A program made the position numbers and the translations under genes. From a virus, in IMG/VR virus record IMGVR_UViG_3300025381_000007: a stretch of 64,000 nucleotides of DNA; one strand, written 5' to 3'. Below the pieces are notes generated by a model, which was not told the origin of the DNA, did not search any database, and saw nothing but the letters and a program-made list of their open reading frames with translations. This document shows positions 49,104-59,091 of this stretch, piece after piece. Each line of letters starts with the position of its first letter. Within the stretch, counting starts at the first letter, position 1.

Positions 49104-49535
49104 TTAAAAATCATCATTTAATACTGGATTATTTGAACTCAATCCAGCAATAATTTGGAATCGTTCCCATGCTTCTTTTACAGCAGGTCGAGATTCGAGT
49201 TCTTCCTTAGGTAAACTTGCTTCTAACCAGTAATAAGGCAAACGAGCAACATTAGCACCAAACTGACGAGGCTGATGTAGTCTACCAGTCTCATAAAGTT
49301 CAATACTTATTTCTCGGAACTTTTCTTCGTCCTCGTCTGCGTAAGATGTCCACTCAGGATTGCTCCATGGACTATAACCATGGTAGCCTGCCCAAATGCT
49401 GGCCCACTGTTCGTCAATAGTTGGATTGAAATCTGTGCGGGCAATGATTACCAACACATCTCCGACATTGACTTTACCATCCACGATGTCGCGAACGCAT
49501 CGGCTATAACTAAGACCAATCTTTGCCATTATCAT
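49104..49535 (-). CDS. Hypothetical protein
   Basis: KIGLSYSRCVRDI...GRLHQPR. Confidence 0.7.
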   Translation of the reverse strand: MIMAKIGLSYSRCVRDIVDGKVNVGDVLVIIARTDFNPTIDEQWASIWAGYHGYSPWSNPEWTSYADEDEEKFREISIELYETGRLHQPRQFGANVARLPYYWLEASLPKEELESRPAVKEAWERFQIIAGLSSNNPVLNDDF

Positions 49536-50068
49536 GCTCCATTAGGTGAACCAAACATTACTTTTGCCCTGGCCTTCATGCCTTCGGGGTCTTGTTCAAA
49601 ATTTGATATCATTGTTCGAAGTGCTTCTTCGATAAACGCATTGAAAGTCATATCACGCTTGTGCGCTTCTTTCATATACAACAGCAAGTCCTCTTCCGGA
49701 ATATCTAACTCCATTTGGACACGAGTATCATAGTCCTTACCATCCTTGATAGCAAGAGCCTTTTGAATGAAGTCGTCATCGACTTCCAAGTCAATCCATT
49801 TTGTACCATCCCAAGCCTTTTCACCTGCTTGGACTTGATCCTTATATAAAGGATGAACCAAACGATAAGCACGATTGAGTCGATAATCACAGGCTTCAAC
49901 TTGGTAAACGACTTGTGTCTTGGTATCAAACACAATGTCAAAACTATAACCATCTTGGGTCCCGCTCCAAGCGTTTAGGCTATAGGCGTTGGGGCTAAAG
50001 GCATAATAGTCTGTGCCTTCGGTGATCTTATAGTCAACCAGTTCCATCCATTCTTTAAGACTTAGCAT
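49532..50068 (-). CDS. Hypothetical protein with possible C-terminal ribbon-helix-helix
   Basis: Start MLSLKEW; EAHKRDMTFNAFIEEAL. Confidence 0.65.
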   Translation of the reverse strand: MLSLKEWMELVDYKITEGTDYYAFSPNAYSLNAWSGTQDGYSFDIVFDTKTQVVYQVEACDYRLNRAYRLVHPLYKDQVQAGEKAWDGTKWIDLEVDDDFIQKALAIKDGKDYDTRVQMELDIPEEDLLLYMKEAHKRDMTFNAFIEEALRTMISNFEQDPEGMKARAKVMFGSPNGA

Positions 50069-50330
50069 GCCATACCTCTTTGCTTTCTTTAATGTTAAAA
50101 TGTTGTTTAATCGATTGTACAGCAGAACCATGTACGCAGTCAACTATACTTTTGTCAAATGTCGTATGTTGGCAACTACGGCCACTTTGTTCTACTAAGG
50201 CAACGCATTGATCCAAAACAAGACTTACCAACTTTAGTACAGCATCTCGATCATACTGATCCATTTTGTCCCATGAACCCTGGGCTGTTAGTCCCGCTTG
50301 GTACATCAAATCTTCCAAACTATTTTCCAT
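50055..50330 (-). CDS. Hypothetical protein
   Basis: Coupled ORF. Confidence 0.6.
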   Translation of the reverse strand: MENSLEDLMYQAGLTAQGSWDKMDQYDRDAVLKLVSLVLDQCVALVEQSGRSCQHTTFDKSIVDCVHGSAVQSIKQHFNIKESKEVWHAKS

Positions 50331-50496
50331 TTTGTAATTCCTTTAATTTGATTTCAACTTCTGATCGACTCCAATGGTAATAAACCGTTCGATTATCCTG
50401 GTCTTTAACAACCCAGTAAGTAAGCATACAGCCTTCAAACTTTCCGCTGTCTATGCGATACCTGTTAGTATCGACTTCCTGGTTGATTTGGTTCAT
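50320..50496 (-). CDS. Small hypothetical protein
   Basis: Manual translation MNQINQEVDTNRYRID...; fills the gap between coupled genes. Confidence 0.45.
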   Translation of the reverse strand: MNQINQEVDTNRYRIDSGKFEGCMLTYWVVKDQDNRTVYYHWSRSEVEIKLKELQNGK

Positions 50497-50662
50497 TGCT
50501 GTTAGTACATTCTAGATTATGATCTGTTGCCTTTGGGCAACGCTTATTACCGCATATCGGGCATACAATAAAAGTTGACATAGTAATAGGCCATCCATTA
50601 TGGTCCTTTACTTCTTTCAAACAATTATAGCAACCGCACTGATTTTTGTCAAGCATTGTCAT
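50465..50662 (-). CDS. Cys-rich putative Zn-binding protein
   Basis: CGCYNC...CPICGNKRCPKATDH...C. Confidence 0.7.
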   Translation of the reverse strand: MTMLDKNQCGCYNCLKEVKDHNGWPITMSTFIVCPICGNKRCPKATDHNLECTNSNEPNQPGSRY

Positions 50663-50871
50663 CTCTTTTCGTCACTTCCGTCTGGCCCTATTCGATCCTT
50701 ATCCAATGGATCGTCGTCCCACTTGTTGCCTTTGTCCTCTCGTGTATTCACAATATAGACCTGTTCGGCAACAGGGGGACTTTGATCTTCATCGTTTTCA
50801 TATTGGTTAGCATAGTTGGCAATACTAAATGCCAACGCTAACGCAAACAAAATCGAATAGAGTATGCTCAC
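50659..50871 (-). CDS. Small exported/membrane protein
   Basis: Hydrophobic N-terminus, acidic tail. Confidence 0.55.
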   Translation of the reverse strand: MSILYSILFALALAFSIANYANQYENDEDQSPPVAEQVYIVNTREDKGNKWDDDPLDKDRIGPDGSDEKR

Positions 50872-52073
50872 TTGTACACTTTCAGGATAATAGTATCTTC
50901 ACCAAATCGACCATTCAACAATGTGTCTGTAGTCTTGATCTTACCAAACCAAGTTTCAAAACGTCGTTGTGTATTTTGATCCTTGAACTCTTTGATCTGT
51001 TCCGCAGGTTTACGTAGTGTGCGTTGAACGCTTTTTGCTGTAAAGTTTAGTAGTGTAGTACCACGAACACTAAAACCTTCTGTACTAGTAGCAATATAAT
51101 AGCCTAACTTTCGAGTCTTGTTGTTAAACACTACAACACCCTGAGCACCAACAATCTGTGCTGGCGGAACACTTACAATGCCTAACTTGTCGTCACGAAC
51201 CATAAACTTCAATTTAGCAACCAACTTATCTGCAGGCACAGCCTTTTTAGCACGTGGCTTCTTAAGCACTTTGGCTTCTGCGGCAATCTGTTCACAAGCA
51301 CTAGCAATACCTTCGTAAAACTCAATCAACTTCTTAACGTTTTTACGACTAGCAAACTTGTAGCCTTCACGCAACTGTTCATCGGCATTGCCACTGGCTA
51401 GCTCATGAAGCTCTGCCATACCTTTGGCAAAGAATGATTTAATATAACGAGCTTGAGCGGCTTTGGCACCCTTGCCACGTAACAAACTAACTAACTTGAT
51501 TGCTTTAGGATCAAAAGCCTCTGGATCCATGATCCAACTATCGATTGCTTCATCGATCTCGTCACTCATAGCAACTGCTTGTTCACGGATACGATCTTGG
51601 ATGTTAATAACTTGAGTTTGGGGTTTGACACCTTTTTCCTCAACTACTACTTCAACATCGTATTGCCCTGCTTCCATAATTTTGGCAATTTCGTTCTTTA
51701 ACCAAGTAACTGCACTCTTACCGCTATTAAAATCTGCTCGAACATCGGGCATACCTTTTAACAAACAAGATGCAATAGCACCCATGGTCAAATGACAACG
51801 CCAGTCTTTGGTTTTCTTAAACTCTTGGATTTGATCTTTAGAGTAATCGTTACGGCCCATCCAATTGATGACCTTAACTTTCAAATCTTTTGCGCTAGTT
51901 TCCAAGTTGTAATACTTCATAGCACTACGGAAATGAGACGCATATTGTTCGGCAGTCATATCAGCAACACCATCCCATTGTGGGCTGTGATCACGTTTGG
52001 CATTCTCGCGGATGCTAACGCTGGTGATCTTTTTTGCTTTGGGTTTGATCTTAACCCCTGCTACTGTTGCCAT
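50868..52073 (-). CDS. Hypothetical early protein
   Basis: AGGAG SD before MATVAG; consensus promoter upstream. Confidence 0.75.
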   Translation of the reverse strand: MATVAGVKIKPKAKKITSVSIRENAKRDHSPQWDGVADMTAEQYASHFRSAMKYYNLETSAKDLKVKVINWMGRNDYSKDQIQEFKKTKDWRCHLTMGAIASCLLKGMPDVRADFNSGKSAVTWLKNEIAKIMEAGQYDVEVVVEEKGVKPQTQVINIQDRIREQAVAMSDEIDEAIDSWIMDPEAFDPKAIKLVSLLRGKGAKAAQARYIKSFFAKGMAELHELASGNADEQLREGYKFASRKNVKKLIEFYEGIASACEQIAAEAKVLKKPRAKKAVPADKLVAKLKFMVRDDKLGIVSVPPAQIVGAQGVVVFNNKTRKLGYYIATSTEGFSVRGTTLLNFTAKSVQRTLRKPAEQIKEFKDQNTQRRFETWFGKIKTTDTLLNGRFGEDTIILKVYK

Positions 52074-52104
52074 TTTCACTCCTATGTTGTTACACAATGT
52101 AGTT

Positions 52105-52133
52105 ATTATAACGCAGAAGTGTCAAAGTGTCAA
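52105..52133 (-). promoter_or_regulatory. Consensus sigma70 promoter
   Basis: TTGACA-17nt-TATAAT exact match. Confidence 0.85.
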
Positions 52134-52864
52134 GGCTTTTCGTAGACAAAGTATAGTCTATTATTGGCATCTTTTTTGAATTCCAATAAGTTTAGCCCAA
52201 ATTTATCAGCAAATTCATTAACTATTTCAAAATTCCAGGGGAATATTTCAACATATGGACCATTTTTATGGATAATCCCGGGATTAGCACGTAGATAAAA
52301 CTTTCCGCCCTTCATTAATAGATTAACACAATGTTGAAAACGGGCTTCTATTTCATCCCGGCTATTAAAGTTAATACTTCCTAATGCTATTATATGATCA
52401 AAGCTTTCTGGTTTAACTCGATATTCAAGAATATCAACTTCAAAATCGGCTAGATTATTGTAGGGATCAATTCCGATTAAGTTTGGTATTCTCCCTTTAA
52501 ATGGATGATAACCACATCCGACATCTAAAACCTTTATTGGGTTACTGGCAGTAATAGTTTCGGCCAGTTTCCATCCTGTATAATCATAATCATTAGTACG
52601 GGGTTTCCAAATCTCACTAAAAAATCTCAATATATAACGCTCGCTTAAATCATCGACAATATCTTTTAATGTACCTTGATAATCGCAAGGTAAATCTATT
52701 TCTAATTCAACTGCATCTTTAAACTTTCTATATCGAGCAGGCGTCCAAGGTAAATCTTCGATAATAGTATCTTCATTAATACTGTCTAAGATTTTTTTAT
52801 ATTTTGGTAAACTAAAAGATTTTTGTAAATTTTCTTTAATCAAGTTTAAAATTTTAGTGTTCAT
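52130..52864 (-). CDS. Class I SAM-dependent methyltransferase with extra N-terminal domain
   Basis: VLDVGCG, GIDP, FDHIIALGS, LMKGG. Confidence 0.8.
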   Translation of the reverse strand: MNTKILNLIKENLQKSFSLPKYKKILDSINEDTIIEDLPWTPARYRKFKDAVELEIDLPCDYQGTLKDIVDDLSERYILRFFSEIWKPRTNDYDYTGWKLAETITASNPIKVLDVGCGYHPFKGRIPNLIGIDPYNNLADFEVDILEYRVKPESFDHIIALGSINFNSRDEIEARFQHCVNLLMKGGKFYLRANPGIIHKNGPYVEIFPWNFEIVNEFADKFGLNLLEFKKDANNRLYFVYEKP

Positions 52865-52958
52865 TAAGTTTTTTTCCGTTTTGAGTAAATATTATTGCAC
52901 TAACTCAAGAAAATCGTCTGGAGTTTTGTGTTTCATTAAATATATTTAAGGAGATATT

Positions 52959-53654
52959 ATGAACGCGAAAGAATTTGTTAACAAAATTGTAGCGGATAAC
53001 CAAGCACTTTTTAAAGCTAGCCAGCACAATGTTAAAGCTTACTTTGACAGTAAGCCGGCTCAAGAAGAACTAGTTGAACACTTTGTTGGCCGTATGGTCA
53101 ATGAGCGTATGAACATGGTTGAAATCGCTAAACAAGTTGCCGAAATGGCCGCTGCCGCCGATCCGGTAGAGCTACAGTTGTTGACTCAACAAGCTCACGA
53201 CGAAGCTGTTCACTTCCGTCTAGTTAAGGAAGTTATTGAACACATCCAAGGTTCGCCAGTTGATGTCGAAGCTGCTATTGCCGCCGAAGCTGCTAAACCG
53301 ACTGCCAAAGGTGCTGGTCTATTGGCTAAGTATCAAGCTGAAACTGACGCCGCAGCCTTAGCCGCTTACCAGTTGGTTGCTGAAGGTCGTGCTGAAGCTG
53401 TTTGGGATCAAATGGCAGATTGTATCGAAGACACTTTTATCTCCGGTGCCTATCGTAAGATTGCCAAGGACGAAGGTTTCCACAGCAAGATCGGTGCTCG
53501 TAAACTAGAACAACTAGTTACTACTGCTGAAGAACAAGCTCGTGTACAAGCACTTGTTGAAGCAATGCGTAAAGACCTGTATGAAATTTCATGCAAGAAC
53601 ACCGTTGCCGCTGAAGCTGGTAAAGAACTAGTAGCAGACGCATACGGGTGGTAA
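52959..53654 (+). CDS. Ferritin-like di-iron protein
   Basis: Paired E...DEAVH and E...DEGFH motifs; strong SD. Confidence 0.8.
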   Translation: MNAKEFVNKIVADNQALFKASQHNVKAYFDSKPAQEELVEHFVGRMVNERMNMVEIAKQVAEMAAAADPVELQLLTQQAHDEAVHFRLVKEVIEHIQGSPVDVEAAIAAEAAKPTAKGAGLLAKYQAETDAAALAAYQLVAEGRAEAVWDQMADCIEDTFISGAYRKIAKDEGFHSKIGARKLEQLVTTAEEQARVQALVEAMRKDLYEISCKNTVAAEAGKELVADAYGW

Positions 53655-53655
53655 T

Positions 53656-54207
53656 TTGAGAATAGCTCTAAGCCAAAGAATTATCAAGTTTAGAGGCCGA
53701 GCGTATGATTCAATCGAGCACGGGTGGTACTCGTACTTGAAAGAGCATACGCTCTTTTTTGTCCCTAACAGATTGGATCAAGATTTCACAGCCATTGCTG
53801 ATGAAGTTGATTGTTTTATTATCACAGGCGGCGACGACCGTTTGATAAGACGCACAACAGAATTAAAACTTGCAACTCAAATGATGTTGCATAATAAACC
53901 TATATTAGGTGTTTGCCATGGATGTTTTTTATTAACAGATACCCTGGGAGGCACCGTGCTAAAGAAAGCCGGACATAGTGGTGGCATTACACACGATGTG
54001 AACTATAAAGGTCAAAAGCATCAGGTAAACAGTTTTCACGGATTAAACATCAAACTGCCACAACACAGTGCTACAGTATTGGCCACAGATGATGATGGCG
54101 ATTGCGAAGCGTGGATAGATGGCAATGTTGCCGGAGTTGTTTGGCATCCTGAAAGAACCAAGGACCACTGGCTTCCCGATGAAATACAAAACTTAATGAA
54201 ACTATAA
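53656..54207 (+). CDS. Class I glutamine amidotransferase (peptidase C26-like)
   Basis: TGGDD, GVCHG, VNSFH, WHPE. Confidence 0.85.
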   Translation: MRIALSQRIIKFRGRAYDSIEHGWYSYLKEHTLFFVPNRLDQDFTAIADEVDCFIITGGDDRLIRRTTELKLATQMMLHNKPILGVCHGCFLLTDTLGGTVLKKAGHSGGITHDVNYKGQKHQVNSFHGLNIKLPQHSATVLATDDDGDCEAWIDGNVAGVVWHPERTKDHWLPDEIQNLMKL

Positions 54208-55661
54208 TGGACTATGTTCACTATCTGCCATATTTGCTAGTTGGAACATTATATGGTTTTATTTTTGGTATTATACCTATCGCAGGTGCAACAACAGCAT
54301 TACTAACTGTTTATGCTTTTATGGATTACTTTAGAGCTGATCCATATTCCCTAGTAGTATTCACTACTTCGATAATTATTTCGTCTAGCGTGGGAGATTT
54401 GTTTTCTAGTGTAGTCATGAATATACCGGGCGGAGGTGGCAGTGCCGCCACAATGGTTGATGGATTCCCACTAGCAAAGCGTGGTGAAGGTGCAAGGGCG
54501 TTGAGTGCCAGCATCTTTAGTGCCTGCGGACAAGGCCTATTTTGGGGTATATTGGTATTTGCATTTCTTCCTTACTATGCCAATGTTGTTACATATTTTG
54601 GCATACCTGAAATGTTATGTTTCTTATTGCTAGCCTTGACCACAGTGACCTTTGTTAATAACGAATACTGGGCAAGAGGATTGTTTGGTGTATTTTTAGG
54701 AATATTCTTAGGACTGGTAGGAACCAATCCAGTTACCAATGCTGAACGATTTACTGGAGGTTGGTTTTATCTTGCTCATGGTATACAGATATTGCCACTA
54801 ATGTCGGGATTGTTAGCAATGCCTGAAATATTAGAATCCTTGTTCGATAAAGCATCATATACACCAGTGTCTAATAATATTGTTAAACAAATGTGGCAAG
54901 GTGCAAAGGATGCTTGGCAATATCGTTGGGATAGTATGCGTTCGGGATTGATCGGTGGATTCATTGGCTTGTTACCCGGTGTAGGTGGTGCAGTTGTTGA
55001 TTGGTTAGCGTATAGTCAAACAGTGGCCGCTGGTAAAAATGATCTAGTTAAGTTCGGTGAAGGAAATATAAGAGGTGTTGTTGGTGCTGAAGGTGCTAAC
55101 ATGGCACAAAAATCTACAGCATATATTCCTACTATCTTGTTTGGTGTTCCCGCAGCACCATTCGAAGTCATTGTCATGAGTCTGTTTATGTATGTTGGAT
55201 TAGAAATGGGTAGTCCGACTCTACTTGCTGATCCCGTATTCTTTCATGCTTTGAACTATAGTTTTATATTAAGTCTGTTGTTGACATTTTTAATAAGTCT
55301 ATGGTTTGTTCGTTGGGCCACGATGCTTACCCGTGTGCCAGTAATGTATTATTTTATTCCGTTGATTATTTTAATATTTTGGAGTTGCGCCGAATATACA
55401 GGTGGTTGGGAAGATTATGCTATGTTAATAGGCTGTACGGTGCTAGGCATGGTTCTAAGATATTTTAAGATCAGCAGAGCCTGTGTATTAATAGGATTTG
55501 TACTAAGCCCGAGGATTGAACTAGTGGGTGAACAGTTCTTTACCATTTATCAAATCGACGAACTACTACATCATCCTATATCCGTTGGATTATTAGTTGC
55601 TACATTGATATCTATTGTTTACGGAATATTTTTTAGCAAAACAAAAATTAACTATCATTAA
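54207..55661 (+). CDS. tctA: Tripartite tricarboxylate transporter permease (TctA family)
   Basis: Multi-TM; NIPG...DGFPLAKRG; GLLPGVGG; GAEGANMA. Confidence 0.85.
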   Translation: MDYVHYLPYLLVGTLYGFIFGIIPIAGATTALLTVYAFMDYFRADPYSLVVFTTSIIISSSVGDLFSSVVMNIPGGGGSAATMVDGFPLAKRGEGARALSASIFSACGQGLFWGILVFAFLPYYANVVTYFGIPEMLCFLLLALTTVTFVNNEYWARGLFGVFLGIFLGLVGTNPVTNAERFTGGWFYLAHGIQILPLMSGLLAMPEILESLFDKASYTPVSNNIVKQMWQGAKDAWQYRWDSMRSGLIGGFIGLLPGVGGAVVDWLAYSQTVAAGKNDLVKFGEGNIRGVVGAEGANMAQKSTAYIPTILFGVPAAPFEVIVMSLFMYVGLEMGSPTLLADPVFFHALNYSFILSLLLTFLISLWFVRWATMLTRVPVMYYFIPLIILIFWSCAEYTGGWEDYAMLIGCTVLGMVLRYFKISRACVLIGFVLSPRIELVGEQFFTIYQIDELLHHPISVGLLVATLISIVYGIFFSKTKINYH

Positions 55662-55670
55662 GAGGAAAAA

Positions 55671-56726
55671 ATGAAAAAACTATTATTGTCGTTATTGTTT
55701 CTAACAGGTTTGGCACATGCCGATTACACATTTGTTGTACCTCAAGAACCCGGTGCCGGTACTAGCGTGTGGACAAGCATCGTGGCACATGAACTAGAAA
55801 AGAAACTAGGTGAAAAGATTGTCATTAGACACATTCCAGGCGCCAGGGATATTCCCGGGGCCAATAAGTTTCAAGACGAACTAAGATTTGATAATAAGAC
55901 TGTAATGGTTGCACACGGTGGCAATGCTGAGAGTTATCTAGTTGAAGATGTGCGCTACAACTACAACGACTGGGAAGCGATAGGTGCAATGAACATTACT
56001 ATTCAAACAGTACGCAGAACCGACAAAGATGTATTTCAAGACCTAAGATTTGCCGCAGGTTCTGGTAACAATCCAGACATGATTGCTATGACATTGTTGT
56101 TATGTGGTGACTTGCCAGATATTCAAGCATATGCAAGTTGTTACAATAGCAAGAACTTTAAGTTCATTCCGGGCATGAACGCAGGTGAACGCAGACTATC
56201 ACTAACTCGAGGTGAACTAACTGCTATGCGTGAAACACCCAGTGCTTATTTGAAGTTCTTTACTACTATCCCTAATGTTGGTCCATGGTTCAACGAAGGT
56301 GTACTAAACATTAAGACAGGGCGAGTTGTTGCTGACCCTAACTTCCCTAAAGAACAATTCTTTGAAGAAGTTTACAAAGCTAAGTGGGGCAAATATCCCA
56401 AGGGTGATTTGTATGACACCTATATGTTAGTAAAGAACTGGCGCGATGTATTACAAAAAAGTTTATGGGTTAACAAAGGTAACCCTAATCGTGACAAACT
56501 GCGCCAAGCATTAAAAGAGATGTTAGCTGACACAGAGTCAATGGCAGTTATTGAAAAGGACAACGGTAAATATGAATTCCTAGTTGGTACACAAGTTAAT
56601 GATGCTATGAAGCACTTAGAAGCATTGACTACTAAGAAAGCATTAAAGAATCTAGTATGGTGGAACAGCACGGTGTTTAAACAAAATGCTATATATAAAG
56701 ACAATATTGCGAGTATTGCAAAATGA
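55671..56726 (+). CDS. TctC/Bug-like periplasmic binding protein
   Basis: Signal peptide; FVVPQEPGAGT...LEKKLG...HIPGA; follows tctA. Confidence 0.7.
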   Translation: MKKLLLSLLFLTGLAHADYTFVVPQEPGAGTSVWTSIVAHELEKKLGEKIVIRHIPGARDIPGANKFQDELRFDNKTVMVAHGGNAESYLVEDVRYNYNDWEAIGAMNITIQTVRRTDKDVFQDLRFAAGSGNNPDMIAMTLLLCGDLPDIQAYASCYNSKNFKFIPGMNAGERRLSLTRGELTAMRETPSAYLKFFTTIPNVGPWFNEGVLNIKTGRVVADPNFPKEQFFEEVYKAKWGKYPKGDLYDTYMLVKNWRDVLQKSLWVNKGNPNRDKLRQALKEMLADTESMAVIEKDNGKYEFLVGTQVNDAMKHLEALTTKKALKNLVWWNSTVFKQNAIYKDNIASIAK

Positions 56727-57343
56727 AATATATATTTGTAGCTGGTGCACCTGGAAGTAAATGGAGTAGTGTTGTTAAAAACATTTATTATAGCTCCGAT
56801 ATTGATCGAAGTGACTATACTGATATTCGTACCTATTATCACGATGCGTCAGGTACTATGGATTTGATGCACCTTGGGGCCTATTACGACCCAGGAATGG
56901 AGTTTGGTGGATTCTTTGATAGGTTACAAGATTTTACTAAAGAGCAATGCGAAAAAGAATTTGATAAACCATTCGACGGGAATGGAATACGCATTGTTAA
57001 AAGTCATGTATTTGCCCATCAAATAGACTATCTAAAGAAAACTTGGCCCGATTGTCCTGTTGTACTAGTACATCGTGGTAATGATGCTTGCTTGGGCTGG
57101 TGGGTAAAATGCGGTCATTTTGATATCACATATCCTAGTTATGTAGGTTATTACAAAAATTTAAAAACCATGGCAGGTATTATTCAAGATCAAAATCGAG
57201 ATATATTACAGGCTTGGAACACTTTTAAAGGCATTGATGTAGATACAAATCAGCATTTAAGCAAAGCATTAAATATTACTATTCCCCCGGTTGAATATTT
57301 CCAAAATTATCCGGCTAACGATATAAAGGTAAAGGTAATATGA
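56723..57343 (+). CDS. P-loop/sulfotransferase-like protein
   Basis: IFVAGAPGSKWS, IVKSH, VLVHR. Confidence 0.55.
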   Translation: MKYIFVAGAPGSKWSSVVKNIYYSSDIDRSDYTDIRTYYHDASGTMDLMHLGAYYDPGMEFGGFFDRLQDFTKEQCEKEFDKPFDGNGIRIVKSHVFAHQIDYLKKTWPDCPVVLVHRGNDACLGWWVKCGHFDITYPSYVGYYKNLKTMAGIIQDQNRDILQAWNTFKGIDVDTNQHLSKALNITIPPVEYFQNYPANDIKVKVI

Positions 57344-58005
57344 AAAAGAGCAGTTTTGATAAACTACGTGAAATAAGTCAGTATCATTTTGATAATGATA
57401 CCATTGATCCTAGATGGGACACCGTTATTCAACTAGGTAAAATAGCACCTAACTGGGATGACGAGTTAGAACAGATACTTACAGAAAGTAAACCAGCTAA
57501 CTGGGAAACACGCGGGTTTAAGGGAGAAGGCGTGTTTGTGCCTAAACCAGAACTAGAAGATGAAGAATATGATTTGGAAAGAGTTGGTATTGATCCCAAA
57601 GTAATCATTACTGATCTTGCTTGGCAACTTGGCCCTAAGTTGCAGGCTATCAGTGATAATTTTGGATTACAAGATTGTATGAATCGTATTCATGTACAGC
57701 GTCCAGGACAACTATGGCATTTACATATTGATAAATTGTACAAATGGTTTCCGGAAAAACCAGAAAGAGTACTACGAGTTTTTATCGCCTTAACCGATTG
57801 GCAACCTGGACAGTTTTGGGAATATGGCAATTTTGTTCATCGTAACTGGAAGGCCGGAGATGTTACTACATTTGATTGGCGTAACGTTCCTCATAGCACG
57901 GCCAACGCCGGATTCCATCCTAGAGTAACATTACAAATTACCGGTGTTATGACAGATAAGACTGACGACTATTTGAAAGAGTTAGCTAAGACAAATCCTC
58001 AATGA
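57340..58005 (+). CDS. 2OG-Fe(II) oxygenase-like cupin
   Basis: PGQLWHLHID...PHSTANAG...RVTLQITG. Confidence 0.7.
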   Translation: MKKSSFDKLREISQYHFDNDTIDPRWDTVIQLGKIAPNWDDELEQILTESKPANWETRGFKGEGVFVPKPELEDEEYDLERVGIDPKVIITDLAWQLGPKLQAISDNFGLQDCMNRIHVQRPGQLWHLHIDKLYKWFPEKPERVLRVFIALTDWQPGQFWEYGNFVHRNWKAGDVTTFDWRNVPHSTANAGFHPRVTLQITGVMTDKTDDYLKELAKTNPQ

Positions 58006-58655
58006 AAAAACTTTTAATAGTAACAGGTCCACAGGGATCTGGCAATCATATATTCAGCCGTTTACTAAGCCTTCATCCTGATGTGGAAGGGTGGACTGAC
58101 ATGTTAAACAACTATTGGGTACCTAGTGATCAGGAACCTTTTGCCGAGTATTGGGTTAATCCTGAACTATTAACTGAGGACGTATTTGAAGGTAAAGATT
58201 ATTATTTTGCCAACGTCAGTTGTCCGTTCTTTTTTAATGGTACAAGGTATGTACCTAAAATTTTAGAAGTTGCAGAACGTGCTAAAAGTTTTGGAGTTAA
58301 CGTGGAGATTGCTATCGTAGTTCGCGATCAAAATATAAATCGGGTCCAGCAGTTGCGTGTTCGTAAAGAACATACAACCCCTATAGCACAAAAATACTAC
58401 TATGAAACTTTATTGCCTAGTGAATTTCCTGTTCATTTTTTAGATCATGAAGCTTTCTTCCTTCATACAACTCACTATTTAAAATGGGTTAGTAAAATAT
58501 TAAATTTCCCCATTGCCTATGACAATCCTGATATTATGAAATTTATTACTGATGATGCTAATCATAAGTATGTATCTGCAATAGATACACATTGGTTAGA
58601 TGAAGTAATACTTGCAGGTTGTCAGCCTACCAGAGAGGAACGACTAAATGGCTAA
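58002..58655 (+). CDS. P-loop/sulfotransferase-like protein
   Basis: LIVTGPQGSGNH, IVVRD. Confidence 0.55.
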   Translation: MKKLLIVTGPQGSGNHIFSRLLSLHPDVEGWTDMLNNYWVPSDQEPFAEYWVNPELLTEDVFEGKDYYFANVSCPFFFNGTRYVPKILEVAERAKSFGVNVEIAIVVRDQNINRVQQLRVRKEHTTPIAQKYYYETLLPSEFPVHFLDHEAFFLHTTHYLKWVSKILNFPIAYDNPDIMKFITDDANHKYVSAIDTHWLDEVILAGCQPTREERLNG

Positions 58656-59091
58656 AAGAATATTGATTATGGGATTACCTGGCTCTGGTAAAACTACTAT
58701 TGCTTCGTTGTTAGCAGAAAAACTTGGAGCAGATCATTTTAATGCTGATGCTGTTCGCAATCAGTTTAATGATTGGGATTTTAGTAAGGAAGGGCGTATT
58801 CGGCAAAGCCTACGTATGCGTGAGTTATGCGATGCTAGTACTGCTGATTATGCCATTGCTGATTTTGTTTGCCCATTGCCTGAAATGCGTAACAATTTTG
58901 ATGCACATTATACCGTCTGGATGGACACCATACAACAAGGACGCTTCGAGGATACAAACAAGTTATTTGTACCACCCGAAGCGTTTGATATATGTATTAC
59001 AGAAATGAATTCAGATTATTGGAGTGATTATATTACTCTGAATCTTCCCATTCAACAGATATCCAACCTAATTTCTTTAGATCTTCTTTGA
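58648..59091 (+). CDS. Adenylylsulfate kinase-like protein
   Basis: GLPGSGKTT, NADAVR, DFSKEGR, FVCP, FVPP. Confidence 0.75.
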   Translation: MAKRILIMGLPGSGKTTIASLLAEKLGADHFNADAVRNQFNDWDFSKEGRIRQSLRMRELCDASTADYAIADFVCPLPEMRNNFDAHYTVWMDTIQQGRFEDTNKLFVPPEAFDICITEMNSDYWSDYITLNLPIQQISNLISLDLL

